Shown here in pieces: positions 11,675 to 22,122 of a stretch of 64,000 nt of DNA. The position numbers were made by a program, and so were the translations under genes. The notes beneath the pieces are model-generated. The model was not told where the DNA came from, made no database searches, and worked only from the letters and a program-made list of their open reading frames with translations. The stretch's first letter is position 1. The number at the start of each line of letters is the position of its first letter. The stretch lies in contig CAVVPZ010000009.1 of NCBI GenBank assembly GCA_963750255.1, forward strand, positions 322,069 through 386,068, read 5' to 3'. This DNA is from an uncultured Actinomycetes bacterium. GTDB lineage: Bacteria > Actinomycetota > Acidimicrobiia > Acidimicrobiales > CADCTF01.

Positions 11675-11693
11675 TCGCCGGTCGGGCGTCGTC

Positions 11694-12458
11694 TCAGCCC
11701 ACGAGGGCGACGAGGGGATCGAACAGCGCAGGGGGCGCCACGAGGTAGGTGCCGTTGGCGAGGATGGCGGTCCGGGCACCCGCTTCGGCGGCGACGAGCG
11801 AACCAGCGGCCCAGTCCCACGGAGCGAGCCCGCGTTCGAAGTAGGCGTCGAGTCGCCCGGCGGCCACCCAACACAGGTCGAGTGCGGCGGCGCCGGCCCG
11901 GCGCAGGTCGCGGACGGCGGGAAGGACCCGGGCGAGCACCAGGGCTTGCTCGCCCCGCACTCCCGCGTCGTAGGAGAAACCGGTGCCGACGAGGGCGGTG
12001 GCGAGGCTCGGCGGACCGGCGACCTCCAACCGTCGGTCGCCGCACCACGCCCCGGCGCCGGCGACGGCCCGGTACGTTTCGTGGTGCAGCGGGTCGTGGA
12101 CGACGCCGGCAACGGCCCGGCCGTCGATCTCGACGCCGATCGACACGGCGAAGGCGCCGAATCCGTAGAGATAGTTGGTGGTGCCGTCGAGGGGGTCGAT
12201 GATCCATCGGACGCCGGTTCGGCCGGCGCGTTCGGCCCCTTCCTCGCCGAGGACGCCGTCGTCGGGCCGGGCCACGAGGAGCCGTTCGACGATCAAGCGC
12301 TCCGAGGCGTGATCCATCTCCGACACCATGTCGGTGGCGCTGCTCTTGGTGGTGATGTCGGTCCGCACCTGGCGGTGCCCGGCGAGGAGCAGCGCGCCGG
12401 CCTCTCGGGCAAGGTCGGCGGCGAGGTCGCAGAGGGCGGCGGGATCGGCGTCGGGCAC
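11694..12458 (-). CDS. suhB: Inositol monophosphatase family protein
   Basis: GEEG, WIIDPLDGTTNY, GAAALDLCWVAAG, WDWAAG. Confidence 0.92.
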   Translation of the reverse strand: MPDADPAALCDLAADLAREAGALLLAGHRQVRTDITTKSSATDMVSEMDHASERLIVERLLVARPDDGVLGEEGAERAGRTGVRWIIDPLDGTTNYLYGFGAFAVSIGVEIDGRAVAGVVHDPLHHETYRAVAGAGAWCGDRRLEVAGPPSLATALVGTGFSYDAGVRGEQALVLARVLPAVRDLRRAGAAALDLCWVAAGRLDAYFERGLAPWDWAAGSLVAAEAGARTAILANGTYLVAPPALFDPLVALVG

Positions 12459-12475
12459 GCAATAGCCTCGCACCG

Positions 12476-13510
12476 ATGCTTGGACCGCCCGTCGACCTCC
12501 GCTCCGACACCGTCACCCGACCGACGCCGGCCATGCGGCGGGCCATGGCCGATGCCGAAGTGGGCGACGATGTCTACGGCGAAGACCCGACCGTCAACGC
12601 CCTGCAAGACGCCTTCGCCGAGCGGGTGGGCAAGCCGGCGGCGCTGTTCGTCCCTTCGGGAACCATGGCCAATCAACTGGCGCTTCGTCTCCTCGCGCCA
12701 CCAGGCAGCACCGTGTTGAGTGGGGCCCGCCAGCACGTCGTGGTCTACGAGAACGGCGCCGGGGGTCGCAACGCCGGCGTGCAGTTCACCTCGCTGCCCG
12801 ACGGCGACGGCACGCTCGATCCGGCCGACGTGGCCTGGCACATCGAGGCCGCCGACCATCACTATCCCAAGCCCGGACTCCTCTGCGTCGAGAACACCCA
12901 CATGCCCGCCGATGGCGCGCCCTGGGCGATCGAGCGACTCCGTCAGGTGGCCGAGGTCGCTCGAGGTGCCGGGTTGCCCATCCACATGGACGGGGCCAGG
13001 CTGTTCTCGGCCGAGGTGGCCACCGGTACCAGCGCGGCCGATTACGCCGCCGAGGTCACGACCGTGATGTGTTGTCTCTCCAAGGGACTCGCGGCGCCGG
13101 TCGGGTCGGTGCTGGCCGGACCGGCCGACCTCATCGCCGCCGCCCGGGGGGAGCGCCAACGGCTGGGGGGCGGCATGCGCCAAGCCGGCATCGTCGCCGC
13201 CGCCGGTCTCGTCGCCCTGCAAGGCATGGTCGAGCGACTGGCCGAAGACCACGCCCGCGCCCGCGAGTTGGCCACCGCGGTGTCCGAGCGGTGGCCCGAG
13301 GCGGGCGTCGACCCGGCGTCGATCCGCACCAACGTCGTCACGTGGACACACCCTGACCCCGCAGCGGTAGTCGAACACCTGGCGGACGAAGGCGTCCTCG
13401 TCGGCACCATCGCCCCGGGGGTCCTGCGCCTCGTCACGCATTGCGACATCGACGATGAGGGCACTCGGCGAGCGGTCAAGGCGATCGCCTCGGTGCCCGG
13501 GTCCGGCTGA
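12476..13510 (+). CDS. ltaE: Low-specificity L-threonine aldolase
   Basis: DLRSDTVTRPT, GDDVYGEDPT, SGTMANQ, HMDGAR, CLSKGL, GGGMRQAG. Confidence 0.93.
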   Translation: MLGPPVDLRSDTVTRPTPAMRRAMADAEVGDDVYGEDPTVNALQDAFAERVGKPAALFVPSGTMANQLALRLLAPPGSTVLSGARQHVVVYENGAGGRNAGVQFTSLPDGDGTLDPADVAWHIEAADHHYPKPGLLCVENTHMPADGAPWAIERLRQVAEVARGAGLPIHMDGARLFSAEVATGTSAADYAAEVTTVMCCLSKGLAAPVGSVLAGPADLIAAARGERQRLGGGMRQAGIVAAAGLVALQGMVERLAEDHARARELATAVSERWPEAGVDPASIRTNVVTWTHPDPAAVVEHLADEGVLVGTIAPGVLRLVTHCDIDDEGTRRAVKAIASVPGSG

Positions 13511-13511
13511 T

Positions 13512-14198
13512 ATGCCCGACCGCGTGCTCGCCGTCTACGCCCATCCCGATGACGCCGATGTGTCGTGCGGCGGCACGTTGGCAACCTGGGCTGCTGCGGG
13601 CGCCGAGGTCCACGTGGTCGTCTGCGCCGCGGGCGACAAGGGTTCGCTCGACCCCGACGTCGACAGCGATGACCTCGCATCGCGACGAGCGGCTGAGGTG
13701 GATGCCGCCGCTCGCGCGCTGGGCGTGGCCGATCACCACGGCCTCGGCCATCCCGACGGCGAATTGGTGAACGACGCTGGGCTCCGGGCCGAGATCGTGG
13801 GTCTCGTGCGCCGCCTCCGCCCCGACGTGGTCGTGTGTCCCGATCCAACTGCGGTGTTCTTCGGCTCGAGTTACCTCAACCACCGCGACCACCGCGTCGT
13901 CGGGTGGGCGACGCTCGACGCCGTCGCCCACGAAGCCGGCAATCCCCATTACTTTCCCGACGCCGGTACGGCCCATGGCGTGAACGAGGTCTGGCTGTCG
14001 GGTTCACTCGAGCCCGACGTGTGGGTCGACATCGCCGACGTCCTCGAGGCCAAGACCGAAGCCCTGCGGGCGCACGAGAGTCAACTGGCCGAGGCGGGGG
14101 AGTGGTTACGGACCTTCGTGCAGGAACGGGCCGAGGAGGCCGGTCGCCAGTCAGGTGTTCGCTACGCCGAAGGCTTCCGTCGCCTCACGTTCCGCTGA
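13512..14198 (+). CDS. PIG-L family deacetylase
   Basis: AHPDD, HRDH, HESQ, AEGF. Confidence 0.9.
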   Translation: MPDRVLAVYAHPDDADVSCGGTLATWAAAGAEVHVVVCAAGDKGSLDPDVDSDDLASRRAAEVDAAARALGVADHHGLGHPDGELVNDAGLRAEIVGLVRRLRPDVVVCPDPTAVFFGSSYLNHRDHRVVGWATLDAVAHEAGNPHYFPDAGTAHGVNEVWLSGSLEPDVWVDIADVLEAKTEALRAHESQLAEAGEWLRTFVQERAEEAGRQSGVRYAEGFRRLTFR

Positions 14199-14200
14199 GG

Positions 14201-14274
14201 CGTTGGCGTGGCCGAAACGGTGGCTGAAAGTGGTTCGTTCTGCCCTTGTGGCGACCGGAAGGGCCACCCCAACG
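14201..14274. repeat. 74-bp hairpin REP/MITE-like element, family B copy 1
   Basis: Terminal inverted repeat CGTTGGCGTGGCC / GGCCACCCCAACG; same length and internal motifs as 39522-39595. Confidence 0.7.
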
Positions 14275-14281
14275 TGCGGGG

Positions 14282-15058
14282 TCAGGTGAAGAGGCAGGTG
14301 GCGCGGAGCTCGATGCTCGAGCGGGCGGGTTGTCCGACGGGGACGCTCGGATCGCGGAAGGCCGAGTGGGGCGTCCAGAACGGGCGTCCGTCGGCGGCGC
14401 GATCGCTGTCGTAGGTGCGGAAGGCGACGGCCTCGTCGGGGGTCATGTCGAGGAACGCGTACCAGTCGTGGTCGGCAGGATCGGAGGGAGCGACGACGGC
14501 GAGGGCCTCGAAATCGATGCCGCCGCCGGCGTAGTTCTTCACCGGAAACGCCCGGATCTGTTCGCGGGGAACGCCGCGGGCGTCGCAGAACGCAAGGGGC
14601 ATGTCCATGCGGGCGGGACCGACGTTGCGCCAGAACTGCAGGATGACCACCCGGGAGGCGTCGGCCACGAGGTCGCCGTCGTCGCCGAGGCGGGCTTCGA
14701 GCACCTTCACGTAGCTGTCGGCGAAGTCGGAGTGGACCAGCGTGATCGGCTGCAAGTCGTGGTGCTGGGCCGCCTTCTGCGGGTTGCGTTTGATGTGGCC
14801 GTTGACCAGGGCGCGGTCGCAGCCCGTCATCTGCTGGGCCAGGTGTCGGATCTCTTGGTAGTGGGTCGACACGATCTGGTCGTCGTCGTCCCAATCGGTG
14901 ACCGCTGACGGGTGTCGGATGAGTTCGAACCCGCACGTCTCCCAGCCGGGGAGGTCGGCGCGGCGTCCGTCGTGCACGTCGACTTCGGTCGAGCCTCCAC
15001 CTCGGCCGCCGACGGTGGCGGGCACGTAGTTGAGCGTCGTACGACAGAGCGTCTCCAC
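14282..15058 (-). CDS. CmcJ/NvfI-family non-heme iron oxidoreductase
   Basis: LNY..DGR..GFEL..HPS, VHSDF, QFWR..PLAFCDA, YDS..TPHSAF..RSSIELR; TAGGAT-N7-GTG start (alternative ATG at 15067). Confidence 0.8.
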   Translation of the reverse strand: METLCRTTLNYVPATVGGRGGGSTEVDVHDGRRADLPGWETCGFELIRHPSAVTDWDDDDQIVSTHYQEIRHLAQQMTGCDRALVNGHIKRNPQKAAQHHDLQPITLVHSDFADSYVKVLEARLGDDGDLVADASRVVILQFWRNVGPARMDMPLAFCDARGVPREQIRAFPVKNYAGGGIDFEALAVVAPSDPADHDWYAFLDMTPDEAVAFRTYDSDRAADGRPFWTPHSAFRDPSVPVGQPARSSIELRATCLFT

Positions 15059-15091
15059 GACGCGCATCCTAGGGATGGTGACGGGTGGCCG

Positions 15092-15373
15092 TCAGGGCTC
15101 GTTGTAGATCTCGTCGTCGTTGATGCGCTTCCACTCGCCCATCGCACGCAGGGTGAGCACGGCGACGACGGCGACGCCGATGGCGGCCCCGACACCGCCG
15201 ACGAGGGCGCCGATCCCGCCCGGCGTCGTGCAGTCGCCCACGCATTGCAGGTCGACGAACGACCACCCGATCAGGGCACCGCACAGTCCGGCGAGCACGA
15301 TGGCGGCGACGGCGAGCCCCCGAGCCAGTGGCGACGGAAGGGCGGAGAGCGGCCGCTCGTCGGGGGTGGGCAC
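15092..15373 (-). CDS. Small conserved two-TM membrane protein
   Basis: SALPSPLARGLA..CGALIG..LQC..VVAVLTLRAMGEW; TACGAT-N6-GTG start. Confidence 0.75.
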   Translation of the reverse strand: MPTPDERPLSALPSPLARGLAVAAIVLAGLCGALIGWSFVDLQCVGDCTTPGGIGALVGGVGAAIGVAVVAVLTLRAMGEWKRINDDEIYNEP

Positions 15374-15395
15374 GGGTGGATCGTAGAGTGCGCCC

Positions 15396-16373
15396 GTGCC
15401 CAACTCCGAGTCGGCCGCGGCGATGGCGGGCGCCGCCCGCGCCTTGCTCGATCGTCTCGATCCCGTCGCCGACGAGCGCGCCCGCTTCGGTCTCGACGAC
15501 GAGACCCAACGCCGGGATTGGAGCTACGTCCCCCGCGACCGAGCCGGGTTGGCCATCGGCGATCTGGGGCAATCCAGCGCCCTGCGAGCCATGGCGTTGC
15601 TGTCCTCCGGCTTGAGCGCGAGCGCGTACGCAGTTGCGACCGCGGTCATGGCTCTCGAGGATGTGCTCGACAGGGCCGAGGGCGGCCACCGGCACCGGCA
15701 CCGAGGCGACTACGCCGTCTCGATCTTCGGCGACCCACAAGAACCGGTGTGGGCGTGGAGGTTCGAGGGCCACCACGTGTCGATCAACGTGACGATCGTC
15801 GACGGTGAGGTTGCTGCGCTCCCGCTGTTCCTCGGCGCCAACCCGGCCGAGGTCCTTGCTCCGGCCGGGGCGATCCCGGTGGCCCGTCCCTTGGCGGCCG
15901 AGGAGGACCTCGCCCTCGAACTCTTTGCCGCGCTCACCGGTCCCGAACGCGATGCGGCCCTGGTGGCGCCCGACGCACCTGACGACATCCTCAGCGCCAC
16001 CGCGGCCGCCGTCGAACCGGGCGTCATCGACGCCGCCCTCGGCGTGCGACTCGCGGATCTGTCGGGATCAGCGACGGCGTCGGCCAAGACGCTGGCCCGG
16101 CTCTACGTCGGCCGCCTGCATGACGACATCGCCACCCGACGGTGGAGAACCTTCGAGGCCGAGTGGGGCGACATGCGGTTCGCGTTCGCGGGCGAGGCGG
16201 CCCACCTCCGACCCCACTACTACCGGCTGATCGGTCCGTCGCTGCTCGTCGAATACGACAACACCCAGAACGGTGCCAACCACGTGCACACCGTCGTGCG
16301 CGATCCCTCCGGCGACTTCGGCGACGACCTGCTCCGTGCCCATCACGCCCAGCACCACGACCACCACGACTGA
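15396..16373 (+). CDS. DUF3500 domain protein
   Basis: WSYVP, IFGDP..WAWRFEGHHVSIN, FLGANP, HYYR, EYDNTQNGANHVHTVVRD..DFG; His-rich tail. Confidence 0.88.
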   Translation: MPNSESAAAMAGAARALLDRLDPVADERARFGLDDETQRRDWSYVPRDRAGLAIGDLGQSSALRAMALLSSGLSASAYAVATAVMALEDVLDRAEGGHRHRHRGDYAVSIFGDPQEPVWAWRFEGHHVSINVTIVDGEVAALPLFLGANPAEVLAPAGAIPVARPLAAEEDLALELFAALTGPERDAALVAPDAPDDILSATAAAVEPGVIDAALGVRLADLSGSATASAKTLARLYVGRLHDDIATRRWRTFEAEWGDMRFAFAGEAAHLRPHYYRLIGPSLLVEYDNTQNGANHVHTVVRDPSGDFGDDLLRAHHAQHHDHHD

Positions 16374-17552
16374 GGGCGGCGGGCCCGGATGGCGGACTCT
16401 GGCGTCGGTGATCGGGGTCGTCACCGGCGGCGCGCTCCCCGGCTTCCTGACCGGCGGCGTGAGCGTGCAACTGCGGGCCGACCTCGGATTCGGCGAATCG
16501 GGCTTGGGCTTCGCCGTCGGCGCCTTCTTCACCGCCGCCGCGCTCTCGTCGGCGGTGTTGGGCCGAACGGCTGAGCGGCTCGGGCCCTCGCGCGCGATGC
16601 AAGCGAGCGCGGTCGTGAGCGTGGTGTCGCTCCTCGGCGTGGCCGCCGGTGCTCGTTCGTTCACCACGCTGTTGTTGTGGTTGGCGGTCGGAGGTGTGGC
16701 CAACGCACTGGCCCAACCGGCGGCCAACCTGTTCATCGCCCGCACCGTCGAGGCCAGCCGGCTGGGCATGGCTTTCGCCGTCAAGCAATCTGGCATCCCG
16801 GCCGCGACCCTCCTGGGCGGCCTGGCCGTGCCCGCCATCGCCCTGACGGTGGGATGGCGGTGGGCCTTCGTCGCCGGCGCCGCGGTGCCCCTCGGCGGCG
16901 GCCTCACGCTGCCCCGGGTCGGGGGGCGCGTCCGCGTCCGGATCGTTCCCGCGGCGAGGGCCGCATCACGCTGCGCCCGCTGGTCGTGCTCGGCATCGGC
17001 ATCGGATTCGGAGCCGCGGCCGCGGGCACCCTGGGCGCCTTCCTCGTCAACGCCGCCGTCGCCGCCGGGGTGGGAGAAGGTCCGGCGGGCCTGCTCGTGT
17101 CGGCCGGGAGCGCCATCGGCATTACCGTGCGCCTCCTCGCCGGACGCCGAGCCGATCGCCGAACCGGCGGGCATCTCCGCGCCGTGTCGTTGATGCTGGT
17201 CGTCGGTTCGCTGGCCTACGCCGCCTACGCCACGGAAGTGGCCTGGGTGCTGGTCGTGGCCACGCCCCTTGCGTTCGGCGCGGGGTGGGGTTGGCCGGGA
17301 CTGTTCAACCTCGCCATCGTCCGAGCCCATCCCGATGCGCCCGGCCGCGCCTCGGGCGTGACGCAGACCGGGACGTACGCCGGCGCCGTTCTCGGGCCAG
17401 TCGTATTCGGTGCAGTCGTCGAAGCGGGCTCGTACCGCGCGGCGTGGGCCATGGCGGGCGCCACGGCCCTCGTTGCCGCCGCCGTCATCGCCTACGGACG
17501 CGCGCTGGTGCAGCGGGCCCGTCCCGCAGCGGCAACCGCAGGTGGCACGTAA
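16336..17552 (+). CDS. MFS transporter (frameshift near 16940; start uncertain)
   Basis: About 12 hydrophobic segments; GRTAERLG and GRRADRR motif-A variants; AFAVKQSGIP. Confidence 0.85.
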
Positions 17553-17581
17553 CCGCCTGACAGATTTCCCGGCCTGACAGA

Positions 17582-18082
17582 ATGAGCCGCGTGCGCGAGT
17601 GGGTGGTGGCCTCCGGCATCATCGAAGGACCCGAAGGGCTGTTGTTGGTCCAGAACCGCCGCCGCAACGGGTCGCTCGACTGGTCGACTCCCGGCGGTGT
17701 CATCGAGGTGGCCGACGGTGAGACCGTCCTCGACGGCCTGACCCGAGAGGTCCACGAAGAGACGGGCATCCGCGTGAGCGAGTGGTCGGGACCCGTCTAC
17801 GAGGTGGCGGCCGAGGCGTCGGGCTTCGGATGGTCGCTGCGAGTCGAGGTGCACCGTGCCGTCGACTACGCCGGCGACCTCGTGCTCGAGGACCTCGACG
17901 GCATCGTGGTCGACGCGCAATGGGTCGACCCCGGCCAGTGCGGTCCCCACCTCGAGGGCTGCCCGGTGTGGGTGCGCGAACCGCTCTCGTCGTACCTGAC
18001 GGACCGCTGGAACGACCCACGCAGCTTCCGCTACCGGGTCGACGGCTCCGACCGGGCGGCGATGACCGTCGTGCGTCTCTGA
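17582..18082 (+). CDS. NUDIX hydrolase
   Basis: PGG..GETVLDGLTREVHEETG Nudix box. Confidence 0.9.
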   Translation: MSRVREWVVASGIIEGPEGLLLVQNRRRNGSLDWSTPGGVIEVADGETVLDGLTREVHEETGIRVSEWSGPVYEVAAEASGFGWSLRVEVHRAVDYAGDLVLEDLDGIVVDAQWVDPGQCGPHLEGCPVWVREPLSSYLTDRWNDPRSFRYRVDGSDRAAMTVVRL

Positions 18083-18093
18083 GTTCCGGATCC

Positions 18094-19392
18094 GTGTCCG
18101 ACGAGCCCCGGACCATCCTCCACGTCGACATGGACAGCTTCTACGCGTCGGTCGAGGTGCTGGCCGATCCTTCCCTGGCTGGGAAGCCAGTGATCGTCGG
18201 TGGGAGCGGCGAGCGAGGAGTGGTCGCGTCGTGCAACTACGAGGCCCGGTCCTACGGCGTGCACTCGGCCATGCCGTCGATGCGAGCGCGGCGGCTCTGT
18301 CCCGACGCCGTCTTCGTCCACGGCCGCTTCGATGCCTACAGCGACTACAGCCGCCGCTTCCACGAGATCTTCCGCTCGTACACGCCGCTCGTCGAAGGCA
18401 TCAGCCTCGACGAGGCCTTCCTCGATGTCACGGGCTCACGCCGTATTTTCGGCGACGGGCCGGCCATCGGCGCCGCCATCCGCACCCAGATCGAGGCCGA
18501 CCTCGGGCTTCGGTGCGCCGTCGGCGTCGCCCGATCGAAGTTCCTCGCCAAGTTGGCGTCGAAGGAGGCCAAGCCCCGACCCGGTCCCCGAGGACGCGGG
18601 CCGATCGCTGGGGTGGGCGTGCGGGTGGTCCTCCCCGGTGACGAGCTCGCCTTCTTGCATCCTCTGCCGGTCGGCGCACTCTGGGGGGTCGGTCCGTCGA
18701 CCCGCCAACGCCTCGACCGATTCGGCATCGTCACGGTGGGCGACCTCGCCGAGCTTCCCGTCGACACCCTCGTCGGCGCCCTCGGCCAGGCTGCAGGCCG
18801 CCACCTACACGACCTGGCCTGGGCCCGCGACGACCGGCCCGTCGTGCCCGAAGCCAGGGTCAAGTCGATCAGCCACGAGGAGACCTACGCCCGCGACCTC
18901 CACGATCATGATGCGTTGGGTCGCGAGGCGGTGCGGCTCTCCGACGCGGTGGCCCACCGGATGCGCAAGGCGGCGGTCGACGGGCGCACGATCACCATCA
19001 AGGTCTGCTACCACGACTTCCGGGCGATCACCCGCAGCCGGACGGTGGCAGCGCCGACGTCGACGGCCGCGGTCATCGCCGCCGTCGCCAAGGAACTCTT
19101 GGCCACTGTCGATCCCGGGTCGGGCGTGCGACGCTTCGGCGTGGCGGTGTCGAACTTGGCCGAGACCGCCGACCAGCAGCTGAGCTTCGACCTCGAGGCC
19201 GCCCCCGCACCCGCCGGCGCCGATGACCACGCAGGGTGGGATGACGCGTCGAGGGCTGTCGACGCCATTCGGGCCCGATTCGGCGACGGTGCGGTCGGCC
19301 CGGCGGCCCTCGTCGACCTCGACGGCGGCGGCCTGCGCCGCAAGCGTGAGGGCGACACGCAGTGGGGCCCGAAGGGACGGGCCGATCGTTGA
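18094..19392 (+). CDS. dinB: DNA polymerase IV
   Basis: HVDMDSFYASVE, YEARSYGVHSAMP, SLDEAFLD, KLASKEAKP. Confidence 0.96.
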   Translation: MSDEPRTILHVDMDSFYASVEVLADPSLAGKPVIVGGSGERGVVASCNYEARSYGVHSAMPSMRARRLCPDAVFVHGRFDAYSDYSRRFHEIFRSYTPLVEGISLDEAFLDVTGSRRIFGDGPAIGAAIRTQIEADLGLRCAVGVARSKFLAKLASKEAKPRPGPRGRGPIAGVGVRVVLPGDELAFLHPLPVGALWGVGPSTRQRLDRFGIVTVGDLAELPVDTLVGALGQAAGRHLHDLAWARDDRPVVPEARVKSISHEETYARDLHDHDALGREAVRLSDAVAHRMRKAAVDGRTITIKVCYHDFRAITRSRTVAAPTSTAAVIAAVAKELLATVDPGSGVRRFGVAVSNLAETADQQLSFDLEAAPAPAGADDHAGWDDASRAVDAIRARFGDGAVGPAALVDLDGGGLRRKREGDTQWGPKGRADR

Positions 19393-19479
19393 CCGCGGTG
19401 AGGTGACGTAGCTCGTCGGCTGCGCGATGATGACGGTGTTCCCGTGTTGCCGGGACGAAGGGGTGGAAGGGAACCCAGC

Positions 19480-19851
19480 GTGCCGCTCTCCGAAGACGAA
19501 CAGCGGATCCTCCAGGAGATCGAGAGGAACTTCTACGACTCCGATCCGGCGTTCGCGCGGGAGGTCAGCACCACGACGCTGTATCGACACGCGGGCCGCA
19601 ACCTCAAGTGGGCCGGCGTCGGGTTCGTCGTCGGGTTGGCCGTGCTGATCGCCGGCTTCACCCAGTCGGTGCTGCTCGGGTTCCTCGGCTTCCTCGTGAT
19701 GGTCGCCTGCGCCTTCTGGTTCTACGTCAACCTGGCCAAGATGGGCCGGGCCGGGCTGCAGTCGGTGTCGCAGCGCACCGGCAACATCAGTGACCTGATG
19801 GGTCGTCGCAGCCAAAAGCTCAAAGAGCGCTTCAAGCGCGAGGGCGAGTAG
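19480..19851 (+). CDS. DUF3040 domain membrane protein
   Basis: MPLSEDEQRILQEIER..DPAF plus two TM helices; usual neighbour of dinB. Confidence 0.9.
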   Translation: MPLSEDEQRILQEIERNFYDSDPAFAREVSTTTLYRHAGRNLKWAGVGFVVGLAVLIAGFTQSVLLGFLGFLVMVACAFWFYVNLAKMGRAGLQSVSQRTGNISDLMGRRSQKLKERFKREGE

Positions 19852-19854
19852 CGC

Positions 19855-22122
19855 TCACTCCCGGCGGCCGCTCGTGAGCAGCGGGCGGGGGTCGAGCCAC
19901 GTGGCGAAACGTTCGGGCAGCGACTCCTGGTCGTGCACGGCCACCCGCACGACGTGGGCATCGTGGGCAGCGCGAACCGCAAGGGGTTCGGGTACGTCGC
20001 CGTCGGTGTAGGCGGCGATGGCGGCGTCGCCGGCGAGGCGACGCAGCGAGATCGCCGGGTCGGGCTGGAGTCCGGCTGACGCCACCGCCCGCTCGGCGTA
20101 TTCGTCCATCGTCTCGGACGGGCGGCGTCCGATGCCGGCACCGGTCAGCACTTCGACGGTGTCGTCCCAGTCGGCGAGGACCTGGCCGGCGAAGCCGGGT
20201 CGAGCGCGTCGCTGGCGGCGGCGCCGGACGTGGAGGGCGGGGACGACGACGGCCCACACCCCGGCCAAGGCGAGCAGCACCAAGAGCAACCTGACGATCC
20301 CGCTCGGGCCCCTGTCAGGTGTCGCGGTCTCTGGGGCCGGCGTGTCGTCCGACCCGAAGATGGGATCGGTGGTCGGCGTCTCGGACGGAGGGGCGACCGT
20401 GCTCGGCGTTTCGAGGCCGGCGCCGGCGCCGTCTTGGGCCAGCGAATCATCTTGGGCCGCCGGTTGGCCGGTGTAGCTGGCCGCCTGGGGGTCGCCCCGG
20501 CCCGGCGTCGGGTCGAACTCGACCCAGCCGAAGCCCTGGAGATACACCTCGGCCCAGGCGTGCCCGTGGCCGCCCTTGACGTGATAGAGCCCGTCGTCGG
20601 GATCGAGGACACCGGGGGTGAAGCCCACGGCGACGCGTGCCGGCAGGCCGATGCTGCGGGCGAGCACGGCGTAGACGCCGGCGAACTGCTCGCAGTAGCC
20701 GGCCTTGGACTTGAACAGGAAGGTTTCGAGCGTGCGCTCGTCATGGCCGGCGCCGGCGTTGATGTCGTAGCGGTACGTGGTCTTGAAGTGGTTCTGCAGT
20801 GCCATGGCCCTCTGATAGGGCGTGGTGGCGCCGGCGACGATGCGCAGCGCCTCGGTCCGGACGCGATCGGGGATCGGGGGCAGGGCGAGGTAGGTGTCGA
20901 TGATCGCCTGGGGTGCTTGCGGCGGGGCCTGATCCAGCATCTGCGGCGTCATCTGGGGGATGGCCGACAAGACGTTGTACACCGTCCCGTCGGTCGTGTC
21001 TTCGGCGGTGATGAGGCTCGACGTGTCGGGGGCGAAGCTGACGTCGACGCCCGAGGCCCGCACCGGCCGGAACGCAGCCGGCAACCAGATCGAGGCAAGG
21101 TCGGAGATCGAGAACCGCTGATCAGTCGACGCCACCGGCAGGCCGGCTTGGAGGACCTCGTCCGAGCGGATGGCGCCCCGGACGTCGTGGTAGGTGCTGT
21201 TCGACGACCAGATGTTGCCGTCGAAGGTGTCGAGCGAAGTGAGCCGCCAGTAGGCGGGTCGGTCGGACTTGACCGTGAACACCTCGGTTTCGCGCTGGTC
21301 GACGATGCGACCGCGGATGTCGACGAGCGGGCTGATCGTCGCCCGACTCGAGGGGCCGGGTTCGACCCGGTTCTTGTACTTCACCAAGGGGGAGCTGGGC
21401 CCGGGCAGCAGCGGACCGATCAACAGACCGATCACGAGGGCAGCGACCGAGAGCGTGGCCGCCCGTTGGATCAATGCGCCTGGTCCGCCCGCGGGTCGTC
21501 CGCCGAACCACGCCGTCGTCCGGTTGGTACGCGCCAACCCGTTCACGAACAGGAAGGCGAGCACCGACCCGACGAAGAGCACGAGAGTCCACGTCCGGTG
21601 CCTCGGAGTGCCGAGGGCGGCGGTGAAGAGGAACACGGTGAAGCCTGGGATCAGCGCTTCGAATGCAGCCGACAGTCGGAATGCGGCCCAGTCGGCCATG
21701 AACGCGGCTGAGCCCATGGCCAGGGACGAGGCCAACACGAAGCCGGCCAGCGGTGCCGCCGGCGCCTTCACCGTCGAGAACAAGGCCCTGGCGTTGCCCA
21801 ACGCCTCGGCCGCCGTCCGTACGGTGAGCGGGAGGGGAATCCCGTAGGCCGTCGTCTGGCCCAGAACGGTCCACGCCGTCACCAGGCCCACGGCGCCCAT
21901 GGTGGCGACGAAGGCGACGGCTGTGGGCAGGACGTTGCGCCGGCACCACCACGCCACCGCGTGGCCGACGATGGCCGAGAGCACGACGGGGCCGAGGAAG
22001 GCGGCGCCGGCGAACAGTCGAGACAATCCGAGGGCCACCGACACCGTCAGCACCGTGAGCGCCACCGATCCTGGGAGCGTCCGGTCGTCGCGCCACCCGG
22101 TGAGGAGGGCGGGCGCAGTCAC
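19855..22122 (-). CDS. Membrane transglutaminase-like protein (TgpA/DUF3488 type)
   Basis: Multi-TM N-terminus; GYCEQFA, ARVAVGF, HAWAEVY, WVEFDPTP. Confidence 0.92.
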   Translation of the reverse strand: MTAPALLTGWRDDRTLPGSVALTVLTVSVALGLSRLFAGAAFLGPVVLSAIVGHAVAWWCRRNVLPTAVAFVATMGAVGLVTAWTVLGQTTAYGIPLPLTVRTAAEALGNARALFSTVKAPAAPLAGFVLASSLAMGSAAFMADWAAFRLSAAFEALIPGFTVFLFTAALGTPRHRTWTLVLFVGSVLAFLFVNGLARTNRTTAWFGGRPAGGPGALIQRAATLSVAALVIGLLIGPLLPGPSSPLVKYKNRVEPGPSSRATISPLVDIRGRIVDQRETEVFTVKSDRPAYWRLTSLDTFDGNIWSSNSTYHDVRGAIRSDEVLQAGLPVASTDQRFSISDLASIWLPAAFRPVRASGVDVSFAPDTSSLITAEDTTDGTVYNVLSAIPQMTPQMLDQAPPQAPQAIIDTYLALPPIPDRVRTEALRIVAGATTPYQRAMALQNHFKTTYRYDINAGAGHDERTLETFLFKSKAGYCEQFAGVYAVLARSIGLPARVAVGFTPGVLDPDDGLYHVKGGHGHAWAEVYLQGFGWVEFDPTPGRGDPQAASYTGQPAAQDDSLAQDGAGAGLETPSTVAPPSETPTTDPIFGSDDTPAPETATPDRGPSGIVRLLLVLLALAGVWAVVVPALHVRRRRQRRARPGFAGQVLADWDDTVEVLTGAGIGRRPSETMDEYAERAVASAGLQPDPAISLRRLAGDAAIAAYTDGDVPEPLAVRAAHDAHVVRVAVHDQESLPERFATWLDPRPLLTSGRRE

